Below, in pieces: positions 38,619 to 47,755 of a stretch of DNA of 64,000 bases. This DNA is from an uncultured Chloroflexia bacterium (lineage in GTDB: Bacteria > Chloroflexota > Limnocylindria > Limnocylindrales > CSP1-4), in contig CAVRGP010000015.1 of the NCBI GenBank assembly GCA_963720755.1, positions 320,001-384,000 on the forward strand, in the 5' to 3' direction. Each line of letters starts with the position of its first letter. Positions within the stretch are counted from its first letter, which is position 1. The notes under the pieces were generated by a model that did not search any database, had not been told where the DNA came from, and worked only from the letters and a program-made list of their open reading frames with translations. Position numbers and translations under genes: made by a program.

Positions 38619-39821
38619 GTGACAGCGCTGACCACCATCCGCCCCGCCGCTCCGTTCGCCGACACGAAGATGCGCGTCGCGGAAGCGGTCGAGGCCGCCC
38701 GTGGCGAGATCCTGGACCTGTCCCACCAGATCCACGCGGACCCGGAGCCCGCGTTCGAGGAACACCGCGCGGCGGCCCGGATCGCCGAGGTCCTGCGCCG
38801 GCACGGGTATGCGGTGGAGCATCCGGCGGGCAGTCTTGCCACGGCCATCCGGGCAGTTCGTCGCGGGTCGGCCGGCGAAGGTCCCCGGATCGGGATCCTG
38901 GCTGAGTACGACGCACTTCCCGGTCTTGGCCATGGCTGCGGTCACAACACGATGGCTGCGTCGGGCGTCGGTGCCGCGATCGCGCTCGGGTCGATCGCGG
39001 ACGCACTGGCCGGCGAGATCGTGTTCCTGGGCACGCCCGCCGAGGAATACGGCAGTGGCAAGCAGATCATGATCGACGACGGCCTGTTCGAGGGGCTCGA
39101 TGCCGCCTTGCTCTACCACCCGTGCGACCGCTCGCATATCGAGTCGCATCCGCTAGCGTCCGAGGACGTGGAGGTCGTGTACCACGGGCTCCAGTCGCAC
39201 GCATCTGCCGATCCCTGGATGGGCAAGAACGCGCTCGATGCGCTCGTCCTTCTGTTCTCGTCGGTCGGGCTGTGGCGCCAGCAACTCAGGCCCACGTCCC
39301 GGGTGCACGGCATCATCCGCGACGGTGGAACCGCCGCCAACATCATCCCGGACCGGGCGGCTGCCTGGTTCATGATCCGCAGCGAGGACGAGGCGGACTA
39401 TGAACTGATGCGCGACCGGTTCCGTCGACTGTGCGAGGCGGCCGCCCTCGCCACGGACACGACCGTCGAGGTGGAGTTCTCCGGCCGCGCCCGGACCATG
39501 CGCAACAACGCCATCCTGGCCGATCGCTTCCGGGCGAACATGGCGGCGTACGGGATCGAGGACATGGGCGATGATCCGAACGCCGGCTCGACGGACATGG
39601 CCAACGTGAGCTGGGTCTGCCCGACCATCCATCCGGATCTCGCGATCGCTCCCGAAGGAACGCCCGGTCATTCGATCCTCTTCCGGGACGCGGCCGTGAC
39701 GCCCATGGCGGACGAGACGACCCTCCTGGCCGCGACGCTCGTCGCACAGACCGCCGTCGATCTCATGTCGGACCCCGATCTGGTCGAGGCGGCGTGGACG
39801 GCATTCCGCGGGCCGGCCTGA
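38619..39821 (+). CDS. M20 amidohydrolase (AbgB/PM20D2-like)
   Basis: AEYDALPGLGHGCGHN, GTPAEE, GSTDMANVS; AGGAG RBS. Confidence 0.88.
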   Translation: MTALTTIRPAAPFADTKMRVAEAVEAARGEILDLSHQIHADPEPAFEEHRAAARIAEVLRRHGYAVEHPAGSLATAIRAVRRGSAGEGPRIGILAEYDALPGLGHGCGHNTMAASGVGAAIALGSIADALAGEIVFLGTPAEEYGSGKQIMIDDGLFEGLDAALLYHPCDRSHIESHPLASEDVEVVYHGLQSHASADPWMGKNALDALVLLFSSVGLWRQQLRPTSRVHGIIRDGGTAANIIPDRAAAWFMIRSEDEADYELMRDRFRRLCEAAALATDTTVEVEFSGRARTMRNNAILADRFRANMAAYGIEDMGDDPNAGSTDMANVSWVCPTIHPDLAIAPEGTPGHSILFRDAAVTPMADETTLLAATLVAQTAVDLMSDPDLVEAAWTAFRGPA

Positions 39822-39865
39822 CGAGCTCGGACTCGTTCGTCGCGGCACCGGTGCGGTGCTACCAT

Positions 39866-39975
39866 CGGTCGTGGCGCGTCCCGCTGGACGATGGTTTTCG
39901 AACCGGCGGCGCCCCCAATGAGACGGATCTCGTGCCGCTGTGGACGCCCGCCGCGACCGTCTCGGGAGGCATCCC
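39866..39975 (+). promoter_or_regulatory. Structured 5' leader, candidate riboswitch
   Basis: Extended -10 TGcTACCAT at 39857-39865; several alternative stems; GGACGA and AGACGG motifs; stem abutting the GGGAGG RBS. Confidence 0.4.
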
Positions 39976-41037
39976 GTGGCTGAACGCCCCAAGGATCCGC
40001 GCATCACGTCCGACCTCGCTCGCCGCAATGGTTGGGACGCCGCGTTCGAGACCTACGACGATTACGACCTGCCGACCTATGTCGGGCCAGCGACCTTCAT
40101 GAATCTGCCGTGGGTGACGGATCCGGTCGAGCTCCGGCGCCGTGGGGTGGATGTGGCCATCATCGGAGCACCCTTCGATGATGCCGTCACCCACCGGCCG
40201 GGAGCACGGTTCGGTCCCCGGGCGATCCGGGAGGCCCAGAACACCTCAGGGTCGATCCATTCCCTCCAGCTCGACGTGCAGCCGTTCGAAGAACTGACCG
40301 TCGTCGACGCGGGCGACGCGAACATCATCCCGTCATGGATCGAGCGGGCGCACGCCATGATCTACCGCAAGGTGCATGAGGTGGCCCAGACGGGCGCCAT
40401 CCCGATCGTCTTCGGCGGCGATCATTCGATCACCTGGCCATCGGCCACGGCGGTCGCGGACATCCGGCGACCGGGGACCATCGGGATCGTCCATTTCGAT
40501 GCCCACGCGGACACGGCCAACGACGCCTGGGGGGTCCTGGCCAGCCACGGTTCGCCGATGCGCCGACTCATCGAGTCGGGGGCGGTGGATGGGCGCAACT
40601 TCGTCCAGGTCGGCCTGCGCGGCTATTGGCCGCCGCCCGAGACGTTCGCCTGGATGCAGGAGCATGGACTGCGCTGGCACCTCATGCGCGAGATCGAGGA
40701 GCGCGGCGCCGAGGCGGTCATCGCCGAGGCCATCGGGCAGGCCCTTGATGGGGCGGACTCGATCTATCTGTCGCTCGACATCGACGTCATCGATCCAGGG
40801 ATGGCCCCGGGGACCGGGACCCCCGAACCGGGTGGCATGCTGCCTCGTGAAGTGCTCCGGGCGATCCGCCAGATCGTCGGTGCCGTCGATCTCGCGGGGA
40901 TGGATATCGTCGAGGTCTCGCCGCCGTATGACCACGCCGAAACGACGGCCGCCGTCGCGAATCGCGCCGCCCTCGAGGCGATCAGCGCATTGGCCGTCCG
41001 CCGCAGAGCCGGTGGCCGAGTGCGCTGGGAGGGCTGA
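39976..41037 (+). CDS. Ureohydrolase (agmatinase/guanidinobutyrase family)
   Basis: RPGARFGP, GGDHS, DAHAD, SHG, SLDIDVIDP, GTGTPEPGG. Confidence 0.9.
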   Translation: MAERPKDPRITSDLARRNGWDAAFETYDDYDLPTYVGPATFMNLPWVTDPVELRRRGVDVAIIGAPFDDAVTHRPGARFGPRAIREAQNTSGSIHSLQLDVQPFEELTVVDAGDANIIPSWIERAHAMIYRKVHEVAQTGAIPIVFGGDHSITWPSATAVADIRRPGTIGIVHFDAHADTANDAWGVLASHGSPMRRLIESGAVDGRNFVQVGLRGYWPPPETFAWMQEHGLRWHLMREIEERGAEAVIAEAIGQALDGADSIYLSLDIDVIDPGMAPGTGTPEPGGMLPREVLRAIRQIVGAVDLAGMDIVEVSPPYDHAETTAAVANRAALEAISALAVRRRAGGRVRWEG

Positions 41038-41837
41038 CCATCCCATCGACCTCGTTCGAAGCTCCGGACCCGACGACGGCTGCCGCGCTTGCTCGCCTGT
41101 ACGATCTCGACCTTGTCGATGATCCCGGGGACCTCGACCTGTATCTCGCCCTGGCTGCGAGAGTCGATGGTCCGATCCTGGAACTGGCGGTCGGCACCGG
41201 CCGACTGGCGATCCCCCTCGCCGAGGCGGGGTTTCGGGTCACCGGCGTCGACATCGACCCGGCCATGCTCGACCGGGCCCGAGCGCGGATCCGCGGATCC
41301 GCTGCCGAGAGCCGACTGACCCTGGTCGAGTCCGACATCGTCGGATTGCGGTTGGCCGATGCGGGCCGCTATGGCCTGGCATTCATCGCGCTCAATTCGC
41401 TCTTGGTGCTGCCACACCGGGCTGCGCAACGGGCGGCCCTCGTGGCGATGGCCGACCATCTGGCGCCGGGTGGGCTGGCGGTCGTCGACGTGTGGCTGCC
41501 CGATGCCGACGATCTGGCCCAATTCGACGGCCGGGTCATCCTCGAGTGGCCCCGGGTCGACCCGGAGACGGGTGCCATGGTGACCAAGGCGGCCTCCGCC
41601 CAGCACGACGCCGCCACCGCCAGCGTCACGATGACGACGCTGTTCGAGGAGGGCCAGCAAGGCGACGCCCCGCGACGGTGGGTCCGCCGCGATCGGCTGC
41701 GGCTGGTCACCGCCGACGAGTTGCGCGGGTACGCGGAAGCCGCCGGCCTGATCATCGAGATGGTGGCCGGCGGGTACGAGATGGGTTTGCTCGGTCCGGG
41801 CAGCGACCGGGCCATCCTGATCGCGGTCAAGGGATGA
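41034..41837 (+). CDS. Class I SAM-dependent methyltransferase (non-canonical start)
   Basis: The frame is open upstream of ATG 41265 and contains ARLYDLD and motif I ILELAVGTGR. Candidate starts are CTG 41034 and ATC 41040. Confidence 0.8.
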   Translation: MTIPSTSFEAPDPTTAAALARLYDLDLVDDPGDLDLYLALAARVDGPILELAVGTGRLAIPLAEAGFRVTGVDIDPAMLDRARARIRGSAAESRLTLVESDIVGLRLADAGRYGLAFIALNSLLVLPHRAAQRAALVAMADHLAPGGLAVVDVWLPDADDLAQFDGRVILEWPRVDPETGAMVTKAASAQHDAATASVTMTTLFEEGQQGDAPRRWVRRDRLRLVTADELRGYAEAAGLIIEMVAGGYEMGLLGPGSDRAILIAVKG

Positions 41838-41915
41838 GGACGCGGGTCGGGCCATCGCGCGACCCGGACTTCCGGGCCGGGTGGGTGCCGTGGGCCACGT
41901 GGTATCGTCCGGCCG

Positions 41916-43067
41916 ATGGCATCGACTGACCAGACGCGGCTGCTCGTCATCGAGGACGTCCCGCAGGTCGCCCAGTACATCCGGGGTCTGCTCAATACGC
42001 AGGCCAGGGTCAAGTTGCTCGACGTCCTGACGGACGGGAGCCGGGCCGTCGCCACGATCCAGGAACTCCGCCCAGACATCGTCCTGGTGGACTCCCTGCT
42101 CCAGGGGCGGATCAAGGGACCCAAGCTCGTCGAACAGATCCATGAAGCGGCGTTGTCGGTGCCGGTGATCGTCCTGACCGTGCCCCAGAACCCGATCGAG
42201 GTCGATCCACTGAAGGGGATCCACGGCGTCATCTCCATGCCGTTCTCCGGCTTCGACCTGATGACCCGGATCGCCAGCTCGCGCAAGGAGTTCGAGGCAC
42301 TCGAAGAAGTCGCGTCGACGCGGGTCATGAGCATCTTCGCCCCGAAGGGTGGTGTCGGCAAGACGACGGTGGCCTTCAACCTGGCCGTCGCCCTTGGCCA
42401 GCTCGGGCAGCGGACGGTCCTGATCGATGGCAGCCTGCAATTCGGGGACCTGCGGTCGCTGCTCAAGGTCCCGATCGATGCACCCTCGATCCTCGACCTC
42501 CCGACGGACCGGATCGCCGAGTCGGATCTGGGCGATGTGCTCTGGCGGGATCCGTCCGGGATCGACATCCTGCTCGCCCCGCCCCGCATCGAGATGGCCG
42601 AGATGTTGACGTCGCGCGACGTCGAAAAGGTCTTGTCCCTGTTGCGGCGCGTGTACGAGTCGATCGTCATCGACATGTCGAGTTCGCTCAACGACATCAA
42701 CCTGACCTTTCTCGACGCGAGCGACGTGATCGTCGAGATCGTCACCTACGACTCGACCACGATCCACAACACGGTGGCGATCGCCGATACGTTCCGCTCG
42801 ATCGGCTACCCGGCGTCCAAGGTCCGCTACCTCGTGAACCGGGCCGACTCATCTGGCGGGATCGACGCCTCCAACCTCGAACGAGCGCTCGGCCGGGTCC
42901 CGGAGCACACGGTCATGTCCGACGGTCGGCTGGTCCTGCAGGCGAACAACGAAGGCGTGCCGTTCGTCCTCGCCAGCCCGGACGCCCAAGTCACCAAGGA
43001 TGTCCTGCGGGTGGCGGGCGAGCTATTGGACGCCGGTCGAGTGGCGGTCGCGGCCGGACGGTCCTGA
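41916..43067 (+). CDS. Receiver domain plus MinD/ParA-type ATPase (CpaE/TadZ-like)
   Basis: LLVIED...IVLVD REC; KGGVGKTT, LIDGSLQFGD, IVID, LVNR. Confidence 0.85.
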   Translation: MASTDQTRLLVIEDVPQVAQYIRGLLNTQARVKLLDVLTDGSRAVATIQELRPDIVLVDSLLQGRIKGPKLVEQIHEAALSVPVIVLTVPQNPIEVDPLKGIHGVISMPFSGFDLMTRIASSRKEFEALEEVASTRVMSIFAPKGGVGKTTVAFNLAVALGQLGQRTVLIDGSLQFGDLRSLLKVPIDAPSILDLPTDRIAESDLGDVLWRDPSGIDILLAPPRIEMAEMLTSRDVEKVLSLLRRVYESIVIDMSSSLNDINLTFLDASDVIVEIVTYDSTTIHNTVAIADTFRSIGYPASKVRYLVNRADSSGGIDASNLERALGRVPEHTVMSDGRLVLQANNEGVPFVLASPDAQVTKDVLRVAGELLDAGRVAVAAGRS

Positions 43068-43074
43068 CGTTCCG

Positions 43075-43908
43075 ATGACGGATGCGCGACCGATCGGGGT
43101 CTTCGACTCCGGTGTCGGCGGCCTCACTGTCTTGCGTGAGATGGTCCGGCGCAGCCCCGCGGAATCGACGATCTATCTCGGCGACAACGGGCGCGCCCCG
43201 TACGGGACCCGTTCGGACGACGAAGTCCTCAGGTTCTCGACCGAGTCGCTCGATCGCCTCGTCGAGCACGACGTCAAGGCCATCGTGGTCGCCTGCAATA
43301 CCTCCACCGCGGTCGGGATCGAGCAGTTTCGCCAACGCTACCCGGTACCAGTCCTCGGGGTGATCGGTCCGGGTGCGACGGCTGCCGCCCTGGCGACGCG
43401 CAATGGGAAGGTCGGGCTGATCGCGACCCCGGCCACGGTCCGGTCACATGCGTACCTTCGGGCGATCCGCGTCGAGAACCCAGGAGTCGAAGTCCGCGAA
43501 CATGCGACACCGACCCTGGTCCCGCTCGTCGAGGCCGGCGAGCTGTCCGGGCCGGTGGCGACAGCCACGGTGTCCGCCGCTCTGGCGCCGCTGCTCGGCG
43601 ATGGCCATGATCCCCGGACGAGCATCGATACGTTGCTCCTCGGGTGCACCCACTACCCGCTGCTGCGATCGGTGCTCAGGGCACTGGTCGGGGACGAGGT
43701 GGCGATCGTCGACTCGGCGATGGCGACGGCCTCCGCTGTGGCCGAGATCCTCGTCGTCAACGGACTTGAGAGCGACGGTGCGACCAGGCCGAGCCATCGA
43801 CAGCTGACGACCGGCGACGCAACCTTGTTCCATGACCTTGCCGGGCGCCTGTTCGGCTCGGCGTTCCCCGAGGTCGAGCACATCGAATTGGCGGTAGCCG
43901 CACGGTGA
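43075..43908 (+). CDS. murI: Glutamate racemase
   Basis: FDSGVGGLTV, PYG, VACNTS, LGCTHYP. Confidence 0.95.
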   Translation: MTDARPIGVFDSGVGGLTVLREMVRRSPAESTIYLGDNGRAPYGTRSDDEVLRFSTESLDRLVEHDVKAIVVACNTSTAVGIEQFRQRYPVPVLGVIGPGATAAALATRNGKVGLIATPATVRSHAYLRAIRVENPGVEVREHATPTLVPLVEAGELSGPVATATVSAALAPLLGDGHDPRTSIDTLLLGCTHYPLLRSVLRALVGDEVAIVDSAMATASAVAEILVVNGLESDGATRPSHRQLTTGDATLFHDLAGRLFGSAFPEVEHIELAVAAR

Positions 43909-45119
43909 CGATGGGCTCGGGCCGTTCATCCGGGCGTCCCTCGTGGCGAGAGGACAGGGTCTGGCAGGCGGGCTTCCTGATCGGGTCCGCGCTCGGTGCC
44001 GCCGTGACGGTCGCTGGCCGGCGCGCCGAACGGTCCGCACGCCGGGGCCTCGTGGATTGGCCCGAAGTGGAGCGGATCGCCATCTCGCGATTGCGCAACG
44101 CCAGAGGCGGCCTGGGGCCGGCCGACCTTCGGGCTGCCGAGCCGGCCTACGAGGAGGCGATGACCGCGATCGTCCCGGCCCTGTCCGAGGCGCTCGGATG
44201 CACCCTGCCCGGCGTGGTGGAGCGCTCCGGTGTCGTGGACCGGGCGGATTGGGTGCGGGCCAACACCGGTGCCTTCGCATCGCTGATGGGCAAACTCGAG
44301 GCGGACCTGCTCGATCAGGTCGTGCCGCCGGGCGGCGGCCTCGCCAAGGCCACCATGGCCCTGGCCAACCGCTGGGTGTCGACCCGCCAGCTCGGCTATC
44401 TCCTCGCGTTCATGGGCACCCGCGTCCTTGGCCAGTACGACCTCGCCCTGCTGTCGACCGAGGCGGCCCCGGGCCGGCTCCTGTTCGTCGAGGAGAACAT
44501 CCGGGCGACCGCGCGAGCGCTCGCCGTGCCGATCGGCCCGTTCCGGACGTGGATCGCCTTGCATGAGACGACCCACGCCTTCGAGTTCGAGGCTCATCCC
44601 TGGCTGCGACCATATCTCGCGGAGCGCCTGGAGCGACAGCTCGAGCTGTTCGGCAAGGATGCCCGGGGCCTCGGCCGCGAGGCGATCCGTGGTCTCGGCC
44701 GTTCGCTTCGCGGCGAGGCGGACGGCGAGCATTGGATGGAGCGGCTGATGGGCCCGGAGCAGAAGGCGATCTTCCGCGAGACCCAGGCGGTGATGAGTCT
44801 CCTGGAGGGGTTCAGCGACTACATCATGGATGAGGTCGGGCGCGATCTGGTCCCCGACGTCGAACGGATCAGCGCTCGGTTCCACGAGCGACGTTCGAAG
44901 CGGACGGGATTCGAACGGGCGATCCTCCGCCTGACCGGCATGGATCTGAAGCTCGAGCAATACCGGAAGGGCGAGCTGTTCGTGCGCCGGATCGCCGAGC
45001 TTGGCGGTCCCGACGCACTGACCCGGTTGTGGTCGGGACCCGAGACTCTGCCGCGGGATCTCGAGATCGAGGCTCCCGAACGGTGGGTCGCCCGGGTACT
45101 CGACGGGTCGGCGATATGA
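43905..45119 (+). CDS. Zincin-like metalloprotease (DUF2342 type)
   Basis: VLGQYD, WIALHETTH (HExxH), MSLLEG, KLEQY. Confidence 0.85.
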   Translation: MTMGSGRSSGRPSWREDRVWQAGFLIGSALGAAVTVAGRRAERSARRGLVDWPEVERIAISRLRNARGGLGPADLRAAEPAYEEAMTAIVPALSEALGCTLPGVVERSGVVDRADWVRANTGAFASLMGKLEADLLDQVVPPGGGLAKATMALANRWVSTRQLGYLLAFMGTRVLGQYDLALLSTEAAPGRLLFVEENIRATARALAVPIGPFRTWIALHETTHAFEFEAHPWLRPYLAERLERQLELFGKDARGLGREAIRGLGRSLRGEADGEHWMERLMGPEQKAIFRETQAVMSLLEGFSDYIMDEVGRDLVPDVERISARFHERRSKRTGFERAILRLTGMDLKLEQYRKGELFVRRIAELGGPDALTRLWSGPETLPRDLEIEAPERWVARVLDGSAI

Positions 45120-46186
45120 GTGGGACCACGCCGGAGACTCGGCCGGCCGGCCCCGGGTCCGGGCCAGGAGGGACGCCAAGCGCGATCGCGCTCAGTCCCA
45201 TCCTGTCGGCCCGATATCGCTCACGCGACCTCGAGCGGATCCGGGCTGCGGCCCCGGGCGCCCGGATCGTGATGATCTCTGTGGAGGGCCATGCCGACGG
45301 GCCGCTCGATGATGTCGAAGTGATGCTCCGCGGCTGGCTCAACCCGGATGCGTTCGACCGCGTCCTGTCACGGGCCCCGCGCCTTGCCTGGGTGCACTCC
45401 GCCACGTCGGGTGTCGAAGGCGCACTCACGCCGGCGGCGATGGAGCGGGGGATCGTGGTCACCAACGCCCGTGGGGTGTTCAGTCGGCCGATCGCCGAAT
45501 ACGTCCTGATGATGATCCTCGCGGTCAGTCGCCGATTGCCCCAGTTGCTCGAACTCCAGCGCGAACGCACGTGGCAGCCGCTCGAAGGTGCGGAGCTGCG
45601 CGACGTGACCGTCGGGATCGTCGGCCTGGGCTCGATCGGGCGCGCGGTGGGGGCGTTGGCGACCGCCTTCGGCTGCCGGGTGGTCGCGGTCCGTCGTCAT
45701 GCCGGCACGGAGCCGCGGCCGGCCGACGGCCAGGATGACGGCAGAGCACTCGCGGAGATCATGCTCGATCGGGTCGGTGGCCCGGACTCGTTGCCGGAAC
45801 TGCTCGCGGAGTCCGATTTCGTCGTGCTCGCCGCGCCCTTGACGCCCGAGACCGAGGAGATGATCGACGCCCGCACCCTGGCCATGTTCAAGCCCGGGGC
45901 GTGGCTCATCAACGTCGCCCGGGGCCGCCTGATCGAGGAGCGAGCGTTGCTCCGGGCACTCGAGGAAGGGACCCTCGGCGGAGCGATCCTCGATACGTTC
46001 CGCGATGAACCGCTGCCGGCGGCGTCGCCGTTCTACGACCTCGCCAACGTCATCGTCACGCCCCATACCGCATGGTCGAGTGGCCGGGTCCTGGACCGCA
46101 GCGTCGACCTGTTCTGCGACAACCTCCGCCACTTCGCGGCAGGCGAACCGATGCTCAACCTGGTCGATCCAAACGCCGGGTACTGA
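45116..46186 (+). CDS. D-2-hydroxyacid dehydrogenase
   Basis: GLGSIG, INVARG, DTFRDEPLP, TPH. Confidence 0.9.
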   Translation: MSGTTPETRPAGPGSGPGGTPSAIALSPILSARYRSRDLERIRAAAPGARIVMISVEGHADGPLDDVEVMLRGWLNPDAFDRVLSRAPRLAWVHSATSGVEGALTPAAMERGIVVTNARGVFSRPIAEYVLMMILAVSRRLPQLLELQRERTWQPLEGAELRDVTVGIVGLGSIGRAVGALATAFGCRVVAVRRHAGTEPRPADGQDDGRALAEIMLDRVGGPDSLPELLAESDFVVLAAPLTPETEEMIDARTLAMFKPGAWLINVARGRLIEERALLRALEEGTLGGAILDTFRDEPLPAASPFYDLANVIVTPHTAWSSGRVLDRSVDLFCDNLRHFAAGEPMLNLVDPNAGY

Positions 46187-46205
46187 TCCCGGCGACAATC
46201 GCACG

Positions 46206-47309
46206 ATGCAGATCGCCATCGTCGGGCTTGCCGGTGCGGGCAAGACCACCGTCTTCAATACGCTCACCCGAGGCCACGCCGAGACCGGCGGCTACGGCGG
46301 GGTCACCCTCAACGTCGGGGTCGTCAAGGTCCCGGACGCGCGACTCGACGTGCTGGCCGGCATGTTCAAGCCGAAGAAGGTCATCCAGGCCGATGTCACC
46401 TACGTCGACCTGCCGGCTCCACCGCAATCGACCGAGGGGCATATCGGCACGGAGGAATTGCCGGCGGACCATCTGGCCCGGTTGCGCGACTCGGATGCCC
46501 TGCTTCACGTCGTGCGGTCGTTCGAGGACCCGAGCAATCCGCATCCGGACGGAAGCGTCGATCCGAGCCGGGACCTGGAACGGCTGGATCTCGAGTTCCT
46601 GATGGCCGACCTGGCCATGGCCGAGCGGCGGATCGAGCGCCTGAAGACGAGCGCCCGACATGGGAACCCGGCCGAGCGAGAAGCCGCCGAGCGCGAGGAC
46701 GTCGTCGTCCGCCGGATCCATGCCGGCCTCGAGGGCGGATCGCCGATCCGGGACCTCGACCTCGATCCCGACGATGAGAAGGCGATCCGTGGGTTCCAAT
46801 TCCTGACCCAGAAGCCGGTCCTCGTCCTGCTCAACGTGGGCGAGTCCGACATCGCGACCGCTCCCGATCTGGTCGCCGCGATCGGGTCAGGGTACGACCA
46901 CCGTCACGTGATGACCGACGCCCTGTCTGCGCGCATCGAGATGGAGCTGGGTGAACTCGAACCCGACGATGCGGCCGTGTTCATGGAGGAGCTTGGCATC
47001 GCCGAGTCGGGTCTCGGGCGGGTCATCGACCTGTCCTATCGGCTGCTGGGCCTGATCTCCTTCCTCACCGCTGGCCCTGATGAAGTCCGCGCCTGGCCGA
47101 TCCCGGACGGATCGACCGCGGTCGATGCCGCGGGCGTCATCCATACGGATCTGGCCAAGGGTTTCATCCGCGCCGAGACGGTCGCCTACCAGGATCTTGT
47201 CGCCCTGGGATCGATGGCGGACGCCCGGAAAGCTGGACGGCTCCGGTCGGAGGGGAAGGGCTACCGGGTGCGCGACGGAGACGTGCTGGAGATCCTGTTC
47301 TCGCGCTGA
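46206..47309 (+). CDS. ychF: Obg-family ATPase YchF
   Basis: GLAGAGKTTVFN, VKVPD, AGVIHTDLAKGFIRAE, EGKGY TGS domain. Confidence 0.9.
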   Translation: MQIAIVGLAGAGKTTVFNTLTRGHAETGGYGGVTLNVGVVKVPDARLDVLAGMFKPKKVIQADVTYVDLPAPPQSTEGHIGTEELPADHLARLRDSDALLHVVRSFEDPSNPHPDGSVDPSRDLERLDLEFLMADLAMAERRIERLKTSARHGNPAEREAAEREDVVVRRIHAGLEGGSPIRDLDLDPDDEKAIRGFQFLTQKPVLVLLNVGESDIATAPDLVAAIGSGYDHRHVMTDALSARIEMELGELEPDDAAVFMEELGIAESGLGRVIDLSYRLLGLISFLTAGPDEVRAWPIPDGSTAVDAAGVIHTDLAKGFIRAETVAYQDLVALGSMADARKAGRLRSEGKGYRVRDGDVLEILFSR

Positions 47310-47702
47310 TCAGTTCAGCCGGCCCGAGCCGGGGTCGAATTCGGCGACGACCGTGTTGAATGCCTTGCCTTCATCGAGCGCCTGCGCCGGGTCATCGTCA
47401 TCGTCCTCGAGGGCGTCGGCAAGATCGACTTCGAGTTCGGCGAGGAAGTTGTCTGCGTCGTCGGTCGACACGTGGACGGAAGCGACCAGTCGATCGTCAC
47501 TGACGAAGATGAACCCATGCTCGCGTTCGAGTTCGATCGCGATGGCCTCGACGAGGGTATCGTGGACGAACGTGTCCTGGATCCGGCGTCGGATCGACTG
47601 GACGAGTTCGAAGAACTCGTCCGCTTCCCACTCGGATTCACTGACGACGTAGGCGTCGGAGAAGACCTCGTTGTCGCCTTCATGGAGCTCGTAGAAGAAC
47701 AC
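47310..47702 (-). CDS. Highly acidic hypothetical protein
   Basis: GTG start after GAGG; about 36 D/E versus 7 K/R in 130 aa. Confidence 0.7.
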   Translation of the reverse strand: MFFYELHEGDNEVFSDAYVVSESEWEADEFFELVQSIRRRIQDTFVHDTLVEAIAIELEREHGFIFVSDDRLVASVHVSTDDADNFLAELEVDLADALEDDDDDPAQALDEGKAFNTVVAEFDPGSGRLN

Positions 47703-47755
47703 GTCGGCCTCGCGTTTCGGTTGTTGCGAGGCGGCAGTATACGCCCGGAGGTCCC

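Noticed and set aside
40764-42767. Long antisense and alternate-frame ORFs (e.g. 40764-42767, 27904-29820, 47315-49651, 54724-56742)
   Set aside because: They shadow well-supported genes, have no motifs, and are expected from stop-codon scarcity at high GC.
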